DNA of 64,000 nt. It comes from the human T2T-CHM13v2.0 reference genome, Homo sapiens. The translations under genes were made by a program, and so were the position numbers. This document shows, piece after piece, positions 13,681 to 26,734 of the stretch (positions are counted from its first letter, which is position 1; every line of letters starts with the position of its first letter). The notes beneath the pieces were generated by a model. That model had not been told where the DNA came from. It saw only the letters and a list, made by a program, of their open reading frames with translations, and made no database searches. The stretch lies in NCBI RefSeq assembly GCF_009914755.1, contig NC_060947.1. The stretch is one strand, 5' to 3'.

Positions 13681-14029
13681 ACAGACCCGGGCCCTGGAAA
13701 TAAGGTCCTGGTCTTTACAGTCCTGGAGGGAGGAAGTTTTCTGAGCTTATGCTCCAAGAATATCTCTCCAAAAGCCACAGAGTTGGCCAGCATTTCAGCT
13801 ACTGACAGGGGTGGACTGTCCAGCTGCCTGAGAGGCCCACATTAAGTGCTGACAACAATAGATCAAGGTGAAAATCACTGCCCTACATGGGGAAGGCAGG
13901 GAATGAATGACCACAAAAACCTGCAACTTAATATGCTTACTCAAGGCCTCTGGGGAAGGATTTCACTTGTAACAGACCTCTTAGCAGGGCTCCAGATGGT
14001 GATAATGGCGAACATGATGATGATGATGT

Positions 14030-14275
14030 GATGGTTGCTACTTATTGAGTACTCACTGCATGCCAGACATTATGCTAAGTGCTTTATATACATTATCTCA
14101 CTTAATCATCATAGCAACCCTGAGAGGCTCTTATTATTATCTTCATTCTAAGGAAACTGGAACTCTAAAAGGTTAAATAATTTGTTCAATGTTATCAGCT
14201 AGTAAGTGGCTGAGCCCAAATTCAAATACATGCAGTCTAACCTCAGAGTCTGAGCTCTTAACTCTGCTATGTTGC
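14030..14275 (-). mobile_element. MIR inside EBLG copy 2
   Basis: cttattgagtactcactgcatgccagacattatgctaagtgcttt..ggaaactgg..ggttaaataatttg. Confidence 0.85.
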
Positions 14276-15424
14276 CCATAGAAGGTGTCCATTCAAAATA
14301 TAACAAGTTTAGTGCAAAGCATCAGTGAGGTCTGTTGGACTAGATCCCTGTGGATAAAATTGCATAACATTCTGGAATATACTATGGCCTGGATTATCAG
14401 GCCATAGTCCTGAATGTGAAAATGGGGCAGGCATGAAAATAGGATGAGGGAAAGAGGAGGCCCAGGGACTCAACTCTCCCATGGCACAGATTCAATGATG
14501 CTTCTCCCAACATGCATGTTTGGCTGTGGGTAGTAGATAGTAGGGTCACCAAAATACATGCACTCTTTTCAGTTGTGGGAAAAGCCCAAGTAATAGCCAT
14601 GCTGGAAAACTGTTAGGGCCTCTAGTTCACATTCTAGCTATATCCAGTGGACACCATTTAATAAGATTTTCCACTTCCAACAGTTCATTGTGTGGGAGCC
14701 CAGTCAAACCCTTCTAAAACTGCTCACCAAGTGAATTTCTTCATTCTACAGAGGGCTTCAGCAAGACTGTGGTATTCCAAAGCACAGAGAGCCAGTTGGT
14801 TTCACCTTGGCTCTTAGTAGCCGATCACCTTTGATAGGGATTGGTGCATTGCAATTTCAGTCTTTCCAGGAACCCAGTATAACGACCATGCAGGAGAAGG
14901 TTTCCTGACCATGCATATGGAAAAGCCATTGTCTTGTCCTCTCTTAGAGAAACGCTTCAGCTTTGCCCCCAAACTGTAAAAGTTAAGACATTATATAGCC
15001 GCATAACAAATCAAGGAAGTTCTATCTCTCTTGTAACTATTCTCATGACAGCATGGCTGTAGATGGGAGTAGCCATTCTATGTGATTGACAGTCTTTAAC
15101 TCTCACTTCCATCCTGACATTTCCCATAGATTCTCAAACTAACGTGGTTAGAAGTCTTTAATCCACCTTCTGCTAGTTAACCCTGTAATATTGTCACAGG
15201 CTCTTTCAATGAGGTTGGCAGGCACATGAACCAATTTATCTACCTCTAAAGGAACTAGGATACTGACCAAGGACACAGCCTTCCAGGACAGTATAACTTC
15301 TCAGAAGAAGAAACCAGGAGACAGAAGAAATGTGTCTGAGCTGAGATTTTGACTATTCCACACATTGATGTACCAGGACCTATATTTCAATAAGACAGCA
15401 TGGTAGTCATAAATGTCATTTACC

Positions 15425-15797
15425 AGTTATCTTTTATTTTACTCCTTCAGACATGGTAGAGTTGTACTTCTCTACTCCCACTGAAGTTGGACATGGTCAT
15501 GTAATTTGCTTTGGCCAATGAAAAAATAACAGAATTGACATAGGTCGCTTCTAGGTAGAAAGTTCATGAGTCAGTGAATGATTCAGCTTGTCCCCCTCCC
15601 CTAATGCAGCAATTGTTGAAAAGGGTTGAGATGGATGCTCTGTCATCCTGGGTCTCTGATAATTATGATAAGCAGAGACCTCAGCTGACCTGCAATGGAC
15701 ATGCAGCATGAGCAAGAAATAAACCTTTATTGTTTTAAGCACTAGTTTTGGGGATGGTTTGTTACTGCAGCACACCTTAACCTATCTTGACCAATAC
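15425..15797 (+). mobile_element. MLT1-type solo LTR inside EBLG copy 2
   Basis: ggtcatgtaatttgctttggccaatg..ggacatgcagcatgagcaagaaataaacctttattgttttaagc..gttactgcagca..accaataca. Confidence 0.85.
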
Positions 15798-16374
15798 AAA
15801 TAAATGTTCTCCCTCTGAGAGAGGAGAGATTCAGGAACTCAAGGAAAGTACAGATAACACCTTCAGATTTCAGTTTCTCTGGCCCTCCCCATTCCTGACT
15901 GACTTCAGATCTTTGGGTAACGGAGAAGAATGGGAACTCTAACTTTGGCAGAATTATTAGCATCAGCACCGCAACTATAAGCAACCACTTCCTGTTTTGA
16001 TCAACCCCAGTTTCTTGGGGTTAACCCCAGCCAACTCAAGAGGGTTATTCACAAAGCTGGGCCTATGAAATGTTTGGGAATGTGGAAAAGTGGCAAGTGG
16101 AAAACAGCCTTCTAGTTATCTTTGAGGACCTTGTCCCTTCAAACCAGCCTGAACCACCCATGGAGCATGTTGCCAGCAGCCAATAATGGTGATCCTTAGC
16201 ACTTTTGCTCTTTATTTTCTCCCTTTCAGTTTTCCCGTTTTCTGTTCTGACTTTATCTCCCATTTCTAGTCTTACGTTTATTCTTCAGGCTTGATGACTG
16301 ATCTTGCCTTCTCTGGGTTTTTAACTTTTGCCATTTGCTTGTTGGCCCTTGCCATTCTTTGCCACCACAAGTTA

Positions 16375-16560
16375 ACAACAACCACACAATATCTTCCATT
16401 ATTGAGCACCTATTATGTGCCAGGCACTATGCCAACCACTGCCTTATTTCATTTAATTCTCACAACAGCTCTGAGAAGTAGGTATTATTGGAGTTTCCAT
16501 TTTACAGAAAAGAAAAATATGTGGCTCAGAGAGAAGTCAGCCAGTGAATGACAGCTCTAG
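16375..16560 (-). mobile_element. MIR
   Basis: catttattgagcacctattatgtgccaggcac..cattttacagaaaagaaaa..ggctcagaga. Confidence 0.85.
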
Positions 16561-16564
16561 GATT

Positions 16565-16965
16565 CCAATCAATTGTATCCCAAGCCTACCTAACACTTCT
16601 ATACCCACCCAGCCCTGGCTCTTGGGAAGTAAACAATAGCAGCTATCCAATCACTGCCCGGCTTTCCAAAGGAGCCCATCTCAGCCCTCACTAAAGGATC
16701 AAACCCTACAGATGCTTTGGATGACTGAATAATCAATTATGCCCTTTGGCTTTTGTAACAACTCATAGATGGACTTTCCCACCCCTTTTAGAACATGGGG
16801 CAATAATGCAGCTGGATCATATCCCCATTTACTCTCCAAATTTTGTCCCACAGAGAACCCCAGTCTGGGAAAACCCCAAGTCATCTCTGGCACTATCACC
16901 TCTGAGCCAACCCAGTTATGTACCTGAAAGGCCAAAAATCTTTTTCCTGGGCTTGGGCCTGTCAA
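16565..16965 (-). pseudogene. Endogenous bornavirus-like nucleoprotein relic (EBLN-a, N-terminal part)
   Basis: ORF 16699-16965: PSPGKRFLAFQV/KLPGKFLQYTV; PRLG/PGIG; DPAALL/NAVALL; LDSCYCLL/FSHCCSLL near 16640. Confidence 0.55.
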
Positions 16966-17032
16966 CCAGCTCCCAAGCTATAATATTTAGAGGATATTTA
17001 GGGGCGTTTGTGCTTGGTGAGATTATAGAGGC

Positions 17033-18960
17033 TCACAACCCATCTCTCTGATTTTTCAAGCTGTTTCTGTGATCTAACCACTGAGATGGACTTCCTTGCA
17101 TTGGCAGGTGAACCATCCTATCACAAGAGGCCCTTGAACACTGGCACAGGGTACTTTTACTCTTGAGCTTGTTTTTTAGGAAGCTAACAGCAACAAACAT
17201 AAACTCCACAAGATTGAGAATAAGCACTACTCACCAGCAAAGTTGCTTCAGATGCCTAGAAGCCTTACCTCAAGGGGTCTCTGGACAATCCCTAACTATA
17301 AGATCAAAACGTGACATCTTGGAGCAACTTCCCCTCAGCCCACATGAGTGAAGATGGTTCTCTTCCTTGGAGATTTCAGTTGCAGATCACCACTTGGTTG
17401 TGAGTTCCTCCTTCCTGAGATACAAAGACACAAGAGAAGCTATGTAACAAGGTAAAGGATAATTACCAAGCAAATGCCTGCACCATCAGGATAAGGTCCA
17501 CCATCACCCAGAATGTCTCTCAAAGATTAGGGAAATGGGAGGAGAAAGGTGCTGCTCCACTGTAAGATCACAGCTCATCCCATTAACAGTTGCCTTCAGA
17601 CATCTCAGCCATTGTATAGCTCTAGCAGGCCTATGAGGTCTATTCCAGGCATTAATTATGCCTAACAGGACTTCTGGTGGCCACAGATCAGGCTTGTGTC
17701 TTATAGCACGTTGATATTCATGGGAGTTTAAAAATCCATGAGGCCATTGGGACTATTGAAGTTCCATTGAGATAATTGGAGCCTTTCTAACAGAACATGC
17801 TTACCTTGTGATCTGCGTTGAATCTTACTCCCCTCCCAGGGCAACAGGGCCATATGATGGTGGTGGATGCCCTCCCCATGGTGGCATGATTCATGCCTTT
17901 CTCCAGGTTTTCAACTACCCCAGCTACTGTTGCCTTGTTAAGCAGGGACTTCAATTTTGTCTCTTAAGTTCGTAGGTTTGATAGTTTTCAAAGTTCTTTC
18001 AGTCCACATTAGACTACCTATCACCCACTACCTACAAACCAGAGGATAGACTGAGTCAAACAGCAAGATAATAGAAGGGTATCTCCTGGTCTAGGCATCA
18101 CAGCCACCATGGGGACTCCATCTAGCTCCCCACCACCAAGCTAATCTCTAAGAACTCCTTGTCCCTCTCCACCCAGAGCATGCCTTGGCCTTCTAATTAT
18201 AGGCTTCACCCTCTACTTCCTAAAACCACAGAGTACCACCATAGTCACAGACCACCCAGGGAAACCTAACAAACTCTGTGTGATTCAACAGGAAATGATA
18301 CCAGGCTTATGGCAATAGGCATCAAACACTAGTCAAAGCTGGGCTTGTGAGAGTCAGCCGTTTCATTCAAAAGACTAAAAGGATATTCCTTTATAGCGCT
18401 GGATCGGATATGACTTTTGTGAAGCATCTATTGTGCAATTCCTTCATCTGAGCATAACCTCTGACAGTAGGCTATGCCTACTATACATTTGGAGATGATC
18501 ATTTTAATGATGTATCAGGAGTCAGATTGTGGTAGTCCAAGATAGGAGCCAAAGCAAATCTTCTCTAACCCCCTAGCAGGTTTACACTTTTGTGGAATCC
18601 CCCCAGAGACCCCAACAAAGAATGGCAGTTTGGCTGGAGAAAAGTATCTATAAATTTGTGAATGTGCCCTATAACCATGGATATCCTCCATGATCCACAG
18701 ATCTGGCATTCTAGAAATTAGAACAATATGAATGGCATTTTCTTACTCCCCATCCTGAAGGTCTTTCTCTCTAGATTGGTCTAGAAACGGTGGTCTGAGG
18801 ACCACATGGACCTCTCAAAGTTGGAATTTATCAATCCACAGTCCTCCTACATGCAAAATAATAGCTCAGAATACTAAGGAGGCATGTCTGGGAGTGTGTT
18901 AAGATGTCATGGAGGTGGTCCATCACACTTGGTCTAAGAGGATACGGGAGATACATTCTG
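17033..18960 (-). pseudogene. Endogenous bornavirus-like polymerase relic (EBLL-1): PRNTase region to C-terminus; upstream side cut by an L1
   Basis: SSDHRF at ~18800-18784 is the mononegaviral capping HR motif. RFPWVVCDYGGTLWF/KLPWSIVIRSLWRF (~18260); [64 protein letters not shown] (~17870-17775); DLIVRD/DLIMIRG; LVEFMFVAV/LVEVVYYVGV. Inter-motif spacings are close to BoDV-1 L. Confidence 0.8.
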
Positions 18961-19131
18961 CCTTGTGATTGGAGTGTTTAATCCATTCACACTTAATGTT
19001 ATAATTAACATGGTAGAATTCACATCTGTTGTTTTGCTATTTGTTTTCTATATGTCACATCTTTTTTTTCTTCTGTTTTTCCATACTGCCTTCTTTTATA
19101 TGAAATGCATATTTTCTAGTCTAGTATTTAA

Positions 19132-19468
<337 letters not shown>

Positions 19469-19568
19469 CAGTTATTTTCTTAATAATTGCTCTGGGGATT
19501 ACAATATGCATCTTAATTTAAAACAATCTAAATCAAATTAATACTAATTCAATTACAATAGTATATAG

Positions 19569-19922
<354 letters not shown>

Positions 19923-20149
19923 CTATTGTCATCCCTCTTTATGTTAATTCCATTAACAGTTTTGTAATTATTGTTTTATGCATTCATCTTTTAATTTAGT
20001 TAAAAGAAGGAAAGAGTAAACCTATATATTTTTATACTGTATATTTATCTATGCAATGACCTTTGCCAATGCTCTTTATTTCTTTGTGTGGATTCAACTA
20101 GCCATCTAATTTGTTGTCCTTTCAGCCTAAAGGACTCCTTTTAGTATTT

Positions 20150-20455
20150 TATTTTATATTTTATTTTATTTCATTTTATTTTGAGATGAGGTCTCACTCT
20201 GTCGCCCAAGCTGGAGTGTAGTGGCACGATCACAGCTCACTGCAGCCTCGACCTCCCTAGGCCCAGTTGATCCTCCCATCTCAGCATCCTGAGTAGCTGG
20301 GAATATAGGCGTGCACCACCATGCCCAGCTAATTTTTGTATTTTTTGTAGAGACCAGGTTTTGCCATGTTGCCTAGGCTGGTCTCAAACTCCTGGGCTCA
20401 AGCAGTCTGCCTGCCTCGGCCTCCCAAAGTGCTGGGATTACAGGCATGAGCCATG
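20150..20455 (-). mobile_element. AluJ
   Basis: cacagctcactgcagcctcgacctcc..ctcctgggctcaagc AluJ diagnostics. Confidence 0.9.
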
Positions 20456-20499
20456 TATTCCCATATTCCCAGCCCGTTCTCCAGCCCTTTTTTTTTTTT

Positions 20500-20840
20500 T
20501 TTCTTAACAACAGAAATTTATGTTCTCACAATTCTGGAGGCTAGAAGTCCAAGATGAAGGTTTTGTCAGGGTTGATTTCTGATGAGGCTTTTCTTCCTGG
20601 CTTGTAGACAGCTGTCTTCTTGCTCTGTCCTCACAGGGCCTCTTTGTGCATGCAAGGAGAGCAAACTTCAATGCCTCTTCCTCTTCTTATAAGGACATCA
20701 ACCCTGTTGAATTAGAGCCCCACCCTTATGACCTAATTTAACTTTAATTACCTCCCTAAAGGTCCTCTCTCCAAATACAGTCACATTGGGGGTTAGGGCT
20801 TCAACATATGAATTTTGGGGGAAACACATTCATTCCATAA
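20500..20840 (-). mobile_element. MaLR (MLT1) solo LTR
   Basis: acaacagaaatttat..tctggaggctagaagtccaagat..acatatgaattttggggg. Confidence 0.8.
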
Positions 20841-22004
20841 TATTTGGTATTATGTAAAGAAGGTATTTGGCAGTTGACTGTTTGTTCTCACGTTCAACAG
20901 TCCCCTGAAGACACTGTCACTCCTTATTAATTATTCCTATACTTGTAAATCCCTGACAGATTGCCTTTTTAAAAATGTAATCTTGGGCTAGAAAAGATAT
21001 TTTTAAATGCACAAATTATAAATGTATAGCTCAGTAATCTATCACAAAGAAAACATCTATGTAAATATACAACCCAAGTCAGGAAACAGAACATTGCTAT
21101 ATCCCAAGTTTCACCTCATAACTTTTACCCTTTCCCTTCTCCACAAAGGTAAACCACTATATTGACTTTTAATACTATAGTTTAGTTATGCCTGTTTTTG
21201 AACATTATGAAGGGGAATCTTATAGTGGATGCTACTTTGCAGTTGGCTTTTTAATTTGGTGTTGTTTATGAGATTCATCCATGTTGCTGGGTGTAACTGT
21301 AGCTTGTTCATTTTCACTGCTGTATAGTATTCCACGGCAGGAATATACCACAATTTATTTATTCCTTCTACTACTGATAAACATTTGGGTGATTACAAAT
21401 AATCCTACTATGAATATTTTTATACATATAATTGGTAGAATTTAGAGGTGGATTTGTTGGCTCACAAGGTATATGTGTTGTTAATTTTAAAATACATGAC
21501 AAATTATTTTCTTTTTTTTAACTTTTATCTTAGTTTCAGGGCTACATGTGCAGATTTGTGATATAGGTAAATTGCATATTATGGGGGTGCACAGATTATT
21601 TTATCACCCAGGTACTAAGCACAGCACCCAATAGGTAGTTTCTCAATTCTTACCCTCCTCCCACTCTGCACCCTCAAGTAGGCCCCAGTCCATTGTTTCT
21701 TTCTGTCTACGTGTACTCAATGTTTAGCTCCCACTTAAAAGTGAGAACATGTGACATTTGGCTTTCTGCTCCTGTATTACATCACTTGGGATAATGGTCT
21801 CCAGCTCCACCCATCATTGAAGAGACTGTCCCTTCCGCATTGTGTGTTCTTGGCACCTTTGTTGAAAATCAACTGACCATATATGTGTAAACTTACTTCT
21901 GGGCTCTCTATTCTGTTCCATTGGTCTATGTGTCCGTTTTTATGCCAGAACCATGCTGTTTTGGTTACTATAGATTTGTAGTATATTTCAAAGTCAAGTA
22001 GTGT

Positions 22005-22440
22005 TGAGAAGTGACAGCTGCTGGCAGTCCTCGCAGCCCTCGCTTGCTCTCAGCGCCTCCTCGGCCTTGGCGCCCACTCTGGCCGTGCTTGAGGAGCCCT
22101 TCAGCCCCCCACTGCACTGTGGGAGCCCCTTTGGGCCAGCCAAGGCCGGAGCTGGCTCCCTCAGGTTGTGGGGAGGTGTGGAGGGAGAGGCGCACGTGGG
22201 AACCGGGGCCAGCGCGAGTTCCGGGTGGGCATGGGCTTGGCCACCCAACACTCGGAGCAGCCGGCTGGCCCGCAAGCCCCGGGCAGTGAGGGGCTGAGCA
22301 CCTGGGCCAGCAGCTGCTGTGCTCGATTTCTCGCCAGGCCTTAGCTGCCTCCCCGCAGGGCAGGGCTCGGAACCTGCAGCCTGCCATGCCTGAGCCTCCT
22401 CCCCCTGCCGCCCCCGCCCCCCAGCACCCCCCGCCCCCTC

Positions 22441-22472
<32 letters not shown>

Positions 22473-23469
22473 CCGTGGGCTTCTGCGCAGCCAAGCCTCC
22501 CGGACAAGCACCACTCCCTGCTCCATGGCGCCCAGTCCCATAGACCACCCAAGGGTTGAGGAGTGCCGCGTATGGGACTGACAGGCAGCTCCACCTGTGG
22601 CCCCAGTGCGGGATCCACTGGGTAAAGCCAGCTGGGCTCCTGAGTCTGGTGGGGACTTGGAGAACCTTTACGTCTAGCTAAGGGATTGTAAATACACCAA
22701 TCAGCACTCTGTATCTAGCTCAAGGTTTGTAAACACACCAATCAGCACCCTGTGTCTAGCTCAGGGTTTGTGAATGTAGCAATCAGCACTCTGGATCTAG
22801 TTAATCTGGTGGGGACTTGGAGAATCTTTATGTCTAGCTAAGGGATTGTGAATGCACCAATCGGCACTCTGTATCTAGCTCAAGGTTTGTAAATGCACCA
22901 ATCAGCACTCTGTGTCTAGCTCAGGGTTTGTAAATACACCAATCGACACTCTGTATCTAGCTAATCTAGTGGGGACATGGAGAGCTTTTGTGTCTAGCTC
23001 AGGGATTGTAAATGCACCAATCAGCACCCTGTCAAAACAGACAAATCAGCTCTCTGTAAAACAGACCAATTGGCTCTCTGTAAAATGGACCAATCAGCAG
23101 GATGTGGGTGGGGCCAGATAAGAGAATAAAAGCAGGCTGCCTGAGCCAGCAGTGGCAACCCCCTGGGGTCCCCTTCCACACTGTGGAAGCTTTGTTTTTT
23201 TGCTCTTTGCAATAAATCTTGCTGCTGGTCACTGTTTGGGTCCACACTGCCTTTATGAGTTGTAACACTCACCGTGAAAGTCTGCAGCTTCACTCCTGAA
23301 GCCAGTGAGACCACAAACCCACCAGAAGGAAGAAACTGCAAACACATCCGAATATCCGAAGGAACAAATTCCGGACATGCCGCCTTTAAGAACTGTGACA
23401 CTCACCGCGAGGGTCTGCAGCTTCATTCTTGAAGTCAATGAGACCAAGAACCCACCAATTCCAGACACA
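22005..23469 (+). mobile_element. LTR12C-type (ERV9) solo LTR
   Basis: TGAGAAGTGACAGC...CCAGACACA with a 4-bp TSD gtgt (22001-22004 / 23470-23473). Tandem caccaatcagcac/tctagct enhancer repeats and a gaataaaa box. Confidence 0.93.
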
Positions 23470-26400
23470 GTGTGATGCCTCCAGCTTTGTTGTTTTTGCT
23501 CAAGATTGCTTTGGTTATTTGATATCTTTTATGGTTCCATATTAACTTTAGGATTTTTTTTCTATTTCTGTGAAAAACGTCATGAGAGTTTTGATAGGAG
23601 TTGTGTTGAATTTGTAGATTGCTGTGGGCAGTATGGACATTTTAACAATATTAATTCTTCTAATCCATGAACACAATGTATCTTTCATTTTTTGTGTGTG
23701 TTTTCTTCAATTTGTTTCATCAATGTTATATAATTTTTAATGTATAGATCTTTCACCTCTTTGGTTAAGCATATTTTTAGAGCTATTGCCTGGGCCCTGG
23801 ATTTACTGGAGTCTGGGCTAGTCTGGTGCTGGGGCAGGTCTGGATACTGGATCCATGGGAGCTGTCCCAGAGGCTGGGTGTGTGGTGTTGCTTTGGAGGC
23901 TAAGTCTGAAGGCTGGCCTGGTGCCTGGGTCCATGGGGGTCATCCCAGCACTGGGGTCTGCTTGGTCAAGCCTGGACCCTGAGTCTGCTAGAGCATGGGG
24001 TTGCAGGAGACAGCTAGGAGCCTGTGTCCACAGGAGAGAGCCAGGGGCCTGTGTCCACAGGAACCAACCTGGAGGCTGGGTCCATCGGGGCAAGCTTGGG
24101 TTTGGGGGCTGCAAATTGTAGCCTGGTGCCTGGGGCTAGAGGTGCTGGCCTGGAACTGGGGCCTAGCCTGGAGGCTGGGTTCTTATGGGCTAGCCCAGTG
24201 CTGGGTGGTCTGGAGCTGCTTATGGCAACTGGGGTCCAGCCTGGAGGCTGGTGCCATGCAGCCCTGTCTCGTGCTGGATTTTACTGGGGCAGCCTGGTGT
24301 TGGGATCCCAGGAAAAGTCCAGTGCTCCTTCCCCTTTGTGGGGGATATCTCCCTCTGTGCACTGTGCTGCCTGGGGTTAGGAAAGGGATGACAGAGGTAA
24401 TATGAAACTGTCCTTTCTACCCTCTTCAAATAATCTTTTCTGATTTGTGTGCTACATTCAGCTTCTGTCGTCTCTTACCTCGTCGTCTTAGCTCTTGTGA
24501 ATGTATCTTTGTGTGTTTATAGTTGTTCAAATTGATGTTTTTGTTAGGGGATGAGTGCTAGGAAGTCCTATTCTGCCATCTTTCTGATATCACTCTCCCT
24601 CAACTTTTGTTTGTCAGAAAAAGCCTTTACTTCTCCTTCACTGTTAAAGGCTAATTTCACAGGGTACAAAATTACCAGTTTTTTTTTAATATCAACATTT
24701 AAAAGTATTACACTCTACTGTCTTGCTTGCATGGTTTCTGAGAAGTCAAATGAAACTCTTATCTATAGGTAAGGTGGTTCTTTTCCCCTCTGGCTTCTTA
24801 CAATATTTTTTCTTTATATTTGATTTTTGAAGTTTGAATAAGATATGCCTAGGTGTAGATTTTTTGGTATTTATCTTGTTTGGTGTTCTCTGAGATTCCT
24901 GGATCTGTGGTTTGGTGTCTGGCATTAATTTGGAAGAAATTCTCTGTCAATATTGCTTCAAATATTTCCTCTATTCTGTTCTATCGTTATTCTCCTTCTG
25001 GTATCCCCATTACATGTATTTTACTCCTTTTATATAGTTGTTCTGCAGTTCTTGGATATTCTGTTACTTTTTTTTCCCCAGAGCATTTTTTATCTTCATT
25101 CTTCAGTTTTGGAAGTTTCTATTGCTATGTCCTTAAGTTCATGGGTTCTTTCCTCAGCTATGTCCAGTCTATTAATGAACCCATCAAGGTCATGCTTCAT
25201 TTCTGTTATAGTGTTTTTGATCTCTAGCATTTCTTTTTTTACAATCTCTTAGAATTTCCATCTCCGCTTACATTATCTATCTGTTTTTCCATATTGTCTA
25301 CTTTTTCCATTGAAACCCTTAGTGTATTAATCATAGCTTTTAAAATTTCTAAACTAGTAATTCCAATATTCCTGCCATATCTGACTCTGGTTCTGATGCT
25401 TGTTTACACTCTTTAAACTGTAAACAAGCAGTTTGCAGTTGTTTAAACTGTGGTGGGGTTTTTTTTTTTTTTTTTCTTTTTGCATGACTTGTAGTCTTTT
25501 GTTGGAAAGTGGACAAGATGCCTTGGCTACAGGGAACTGTGGTGAATAGGTCTTTAGCAATATAATAGTAAGGCGCATTGCTAAAGGAGGGAAGGGGAAG
25601 CATTTTATACTCCTATAATTAGGTCTCAGTCTTTTGGTGAGCCTGTGTCCCTGGACTGTGAACTTCACAAGTGCTTCTTGGTTTCCCCCCATCTTGTGTC
25701 AGGATGGCTAGCGGGGACTGGGATTGGGTATTTCCTTTCCCCCAGGTAGGTTAGACTCTGATAAAAGTTCAGCAGGTTAGACTCTGGTAAAATAGTTTCT
25801 CCTGAGGGCGGACCTTGTTAAGAAGAACAGAATGTTCTGCATATTTCAAAATGGTTACTTTTCCCCCTCCCCTTGCTGAAAGAATGAGAGGATTTTTCTG
25901 ATATTTACTGTGAGAACCTCGTAGAGCTCCTGGAGCTAAAATTCAAAAAAGAGTTGGGGTCCCCTAAGACTGGGTCCCCCTGAAGTTTTTAACCCTCATA
26001 TTGTCCACCTTGAGTCTTGAGCAATTGGTCCATTACAGTTCAGGTTTTCTTCCCCTGACACTAGTTCTTGCAGAGGTTTCTGTTTGTCGGTTTCTTCTCT
26101 GGTAAGTAGTGATTCTGTGTATTTGCTTGTCTGTCTCTCCAGTTTTGAGGACAGTAATTTGCCCTGTGACCTTACTTCTCTGACGGATCTAAGAAGAGTA
26201 CTTGAATTTTTAGTTTTTTTCAGCTTTTTACTTGTTGTTAGAATGGAGTGGCAATTTCTAAGCCCTTTACATGCTAGACTGGAAACCAGAAGTTCTTTGT
26301 GTTCACTTAAAAGATAAAATTTCAAAAAGAAAAATTCTTAGCTGCAACCATAGTCTAGATGATGCCTCACTGACTCTTGCAAATGTTGGTGAGAGTCAGG

Positions 26401-26530
26401 ATTAGGCTTGACACATGGGTTATAAACCTGTAGTGATAGCCTGTAAGCCCCAAGTTTTTCTGTATGTCCTTGATCACTTAGGGGTTTGCCATTCAAGTAC
26501 TGCAGGCATTTTGTCCTGTATCAACAAAGC

Positions 26531-26729
26531 CAGTGTTTCCCAAAAGTCAGAAGTATCAGAACTATTTTTTAAAAATTAATGAGGCTCCCATCTCCAGAAT
26601 TTCTGATTTAGGAGGTCTCCATGAAGCCTGAGGATTTGTTGTTTTGTTTTGTATTTTCTTTCATTTGGCTTTTTATTCGTTTTTTGATTCTCAGCTATTG
26701 GGATGCCCATCGAGGGTTAGAAACTACTA
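26531..26729. mobile_element. MER5-family hAT MITE (degenerate)
   Basis: cagtgtttcccaaa..ccagaatttctgatttaggaggtct..ggttagaaactact terminal motifs. Confidence 0.55.
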
Positions 26730-26734
26730 GTCTA

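Larger units (their letters stand above)
13740..15990 (-). pseudogene. Endogenous bornavirus-like glycoprotein relic (EBLG, copy 2), split by MLT1 and MIR
   Basis: Signal-peptide-like LLIVAVLMLIILP (~15980). ECELEAL/DCEILQSL (~14630); YFGDPTI/WLNHPDI (copy 1 has YVGDPLG); HFHIQDYGLI/KYFLNDEGRL; GHSFP..G..DLL..N..SGSWTVH/GHETDP..G..DLL..N..GSGWVH; GFWRDIL/GWLRDLL (~13765). Confidence 0.75.

Noticed and set aside
15950-16200. Resemblance to a hepacivirus core/signal region (LHGW..GVN..GC)
   Set aside because: Weak and spread across frames. The hydrophobic stretch is better explained as the signal peptide of G copy 2.
17725-17760. Plus-strand NP/HEAI resembling N NPHEAIDW
   Set aside because: Isolated, needs a frameshift, and lies antisense within the well-supported L relic.
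18890-18950. PYPLRPSVMDHLHDILTH resembling an integrase zinc finger or the L motif PLRPRDM
   Set aside because: The spacing to the HR motif is far too short for the L match, and no CxxC or DDE follows.
22420-22472. Long poly-C run (G-quadruplex candidate)
   Set aside because: It is an expansion of the normal C-rich LTR12 segment and may be inflated by sequencing or assembly.
22660-23100. Regularly spaced repeats looking like a CRISPR array
   Set aside because: These are the standard LTR12 U3 enhancer repeats, with no unique spacers, in a eukaryotic context.
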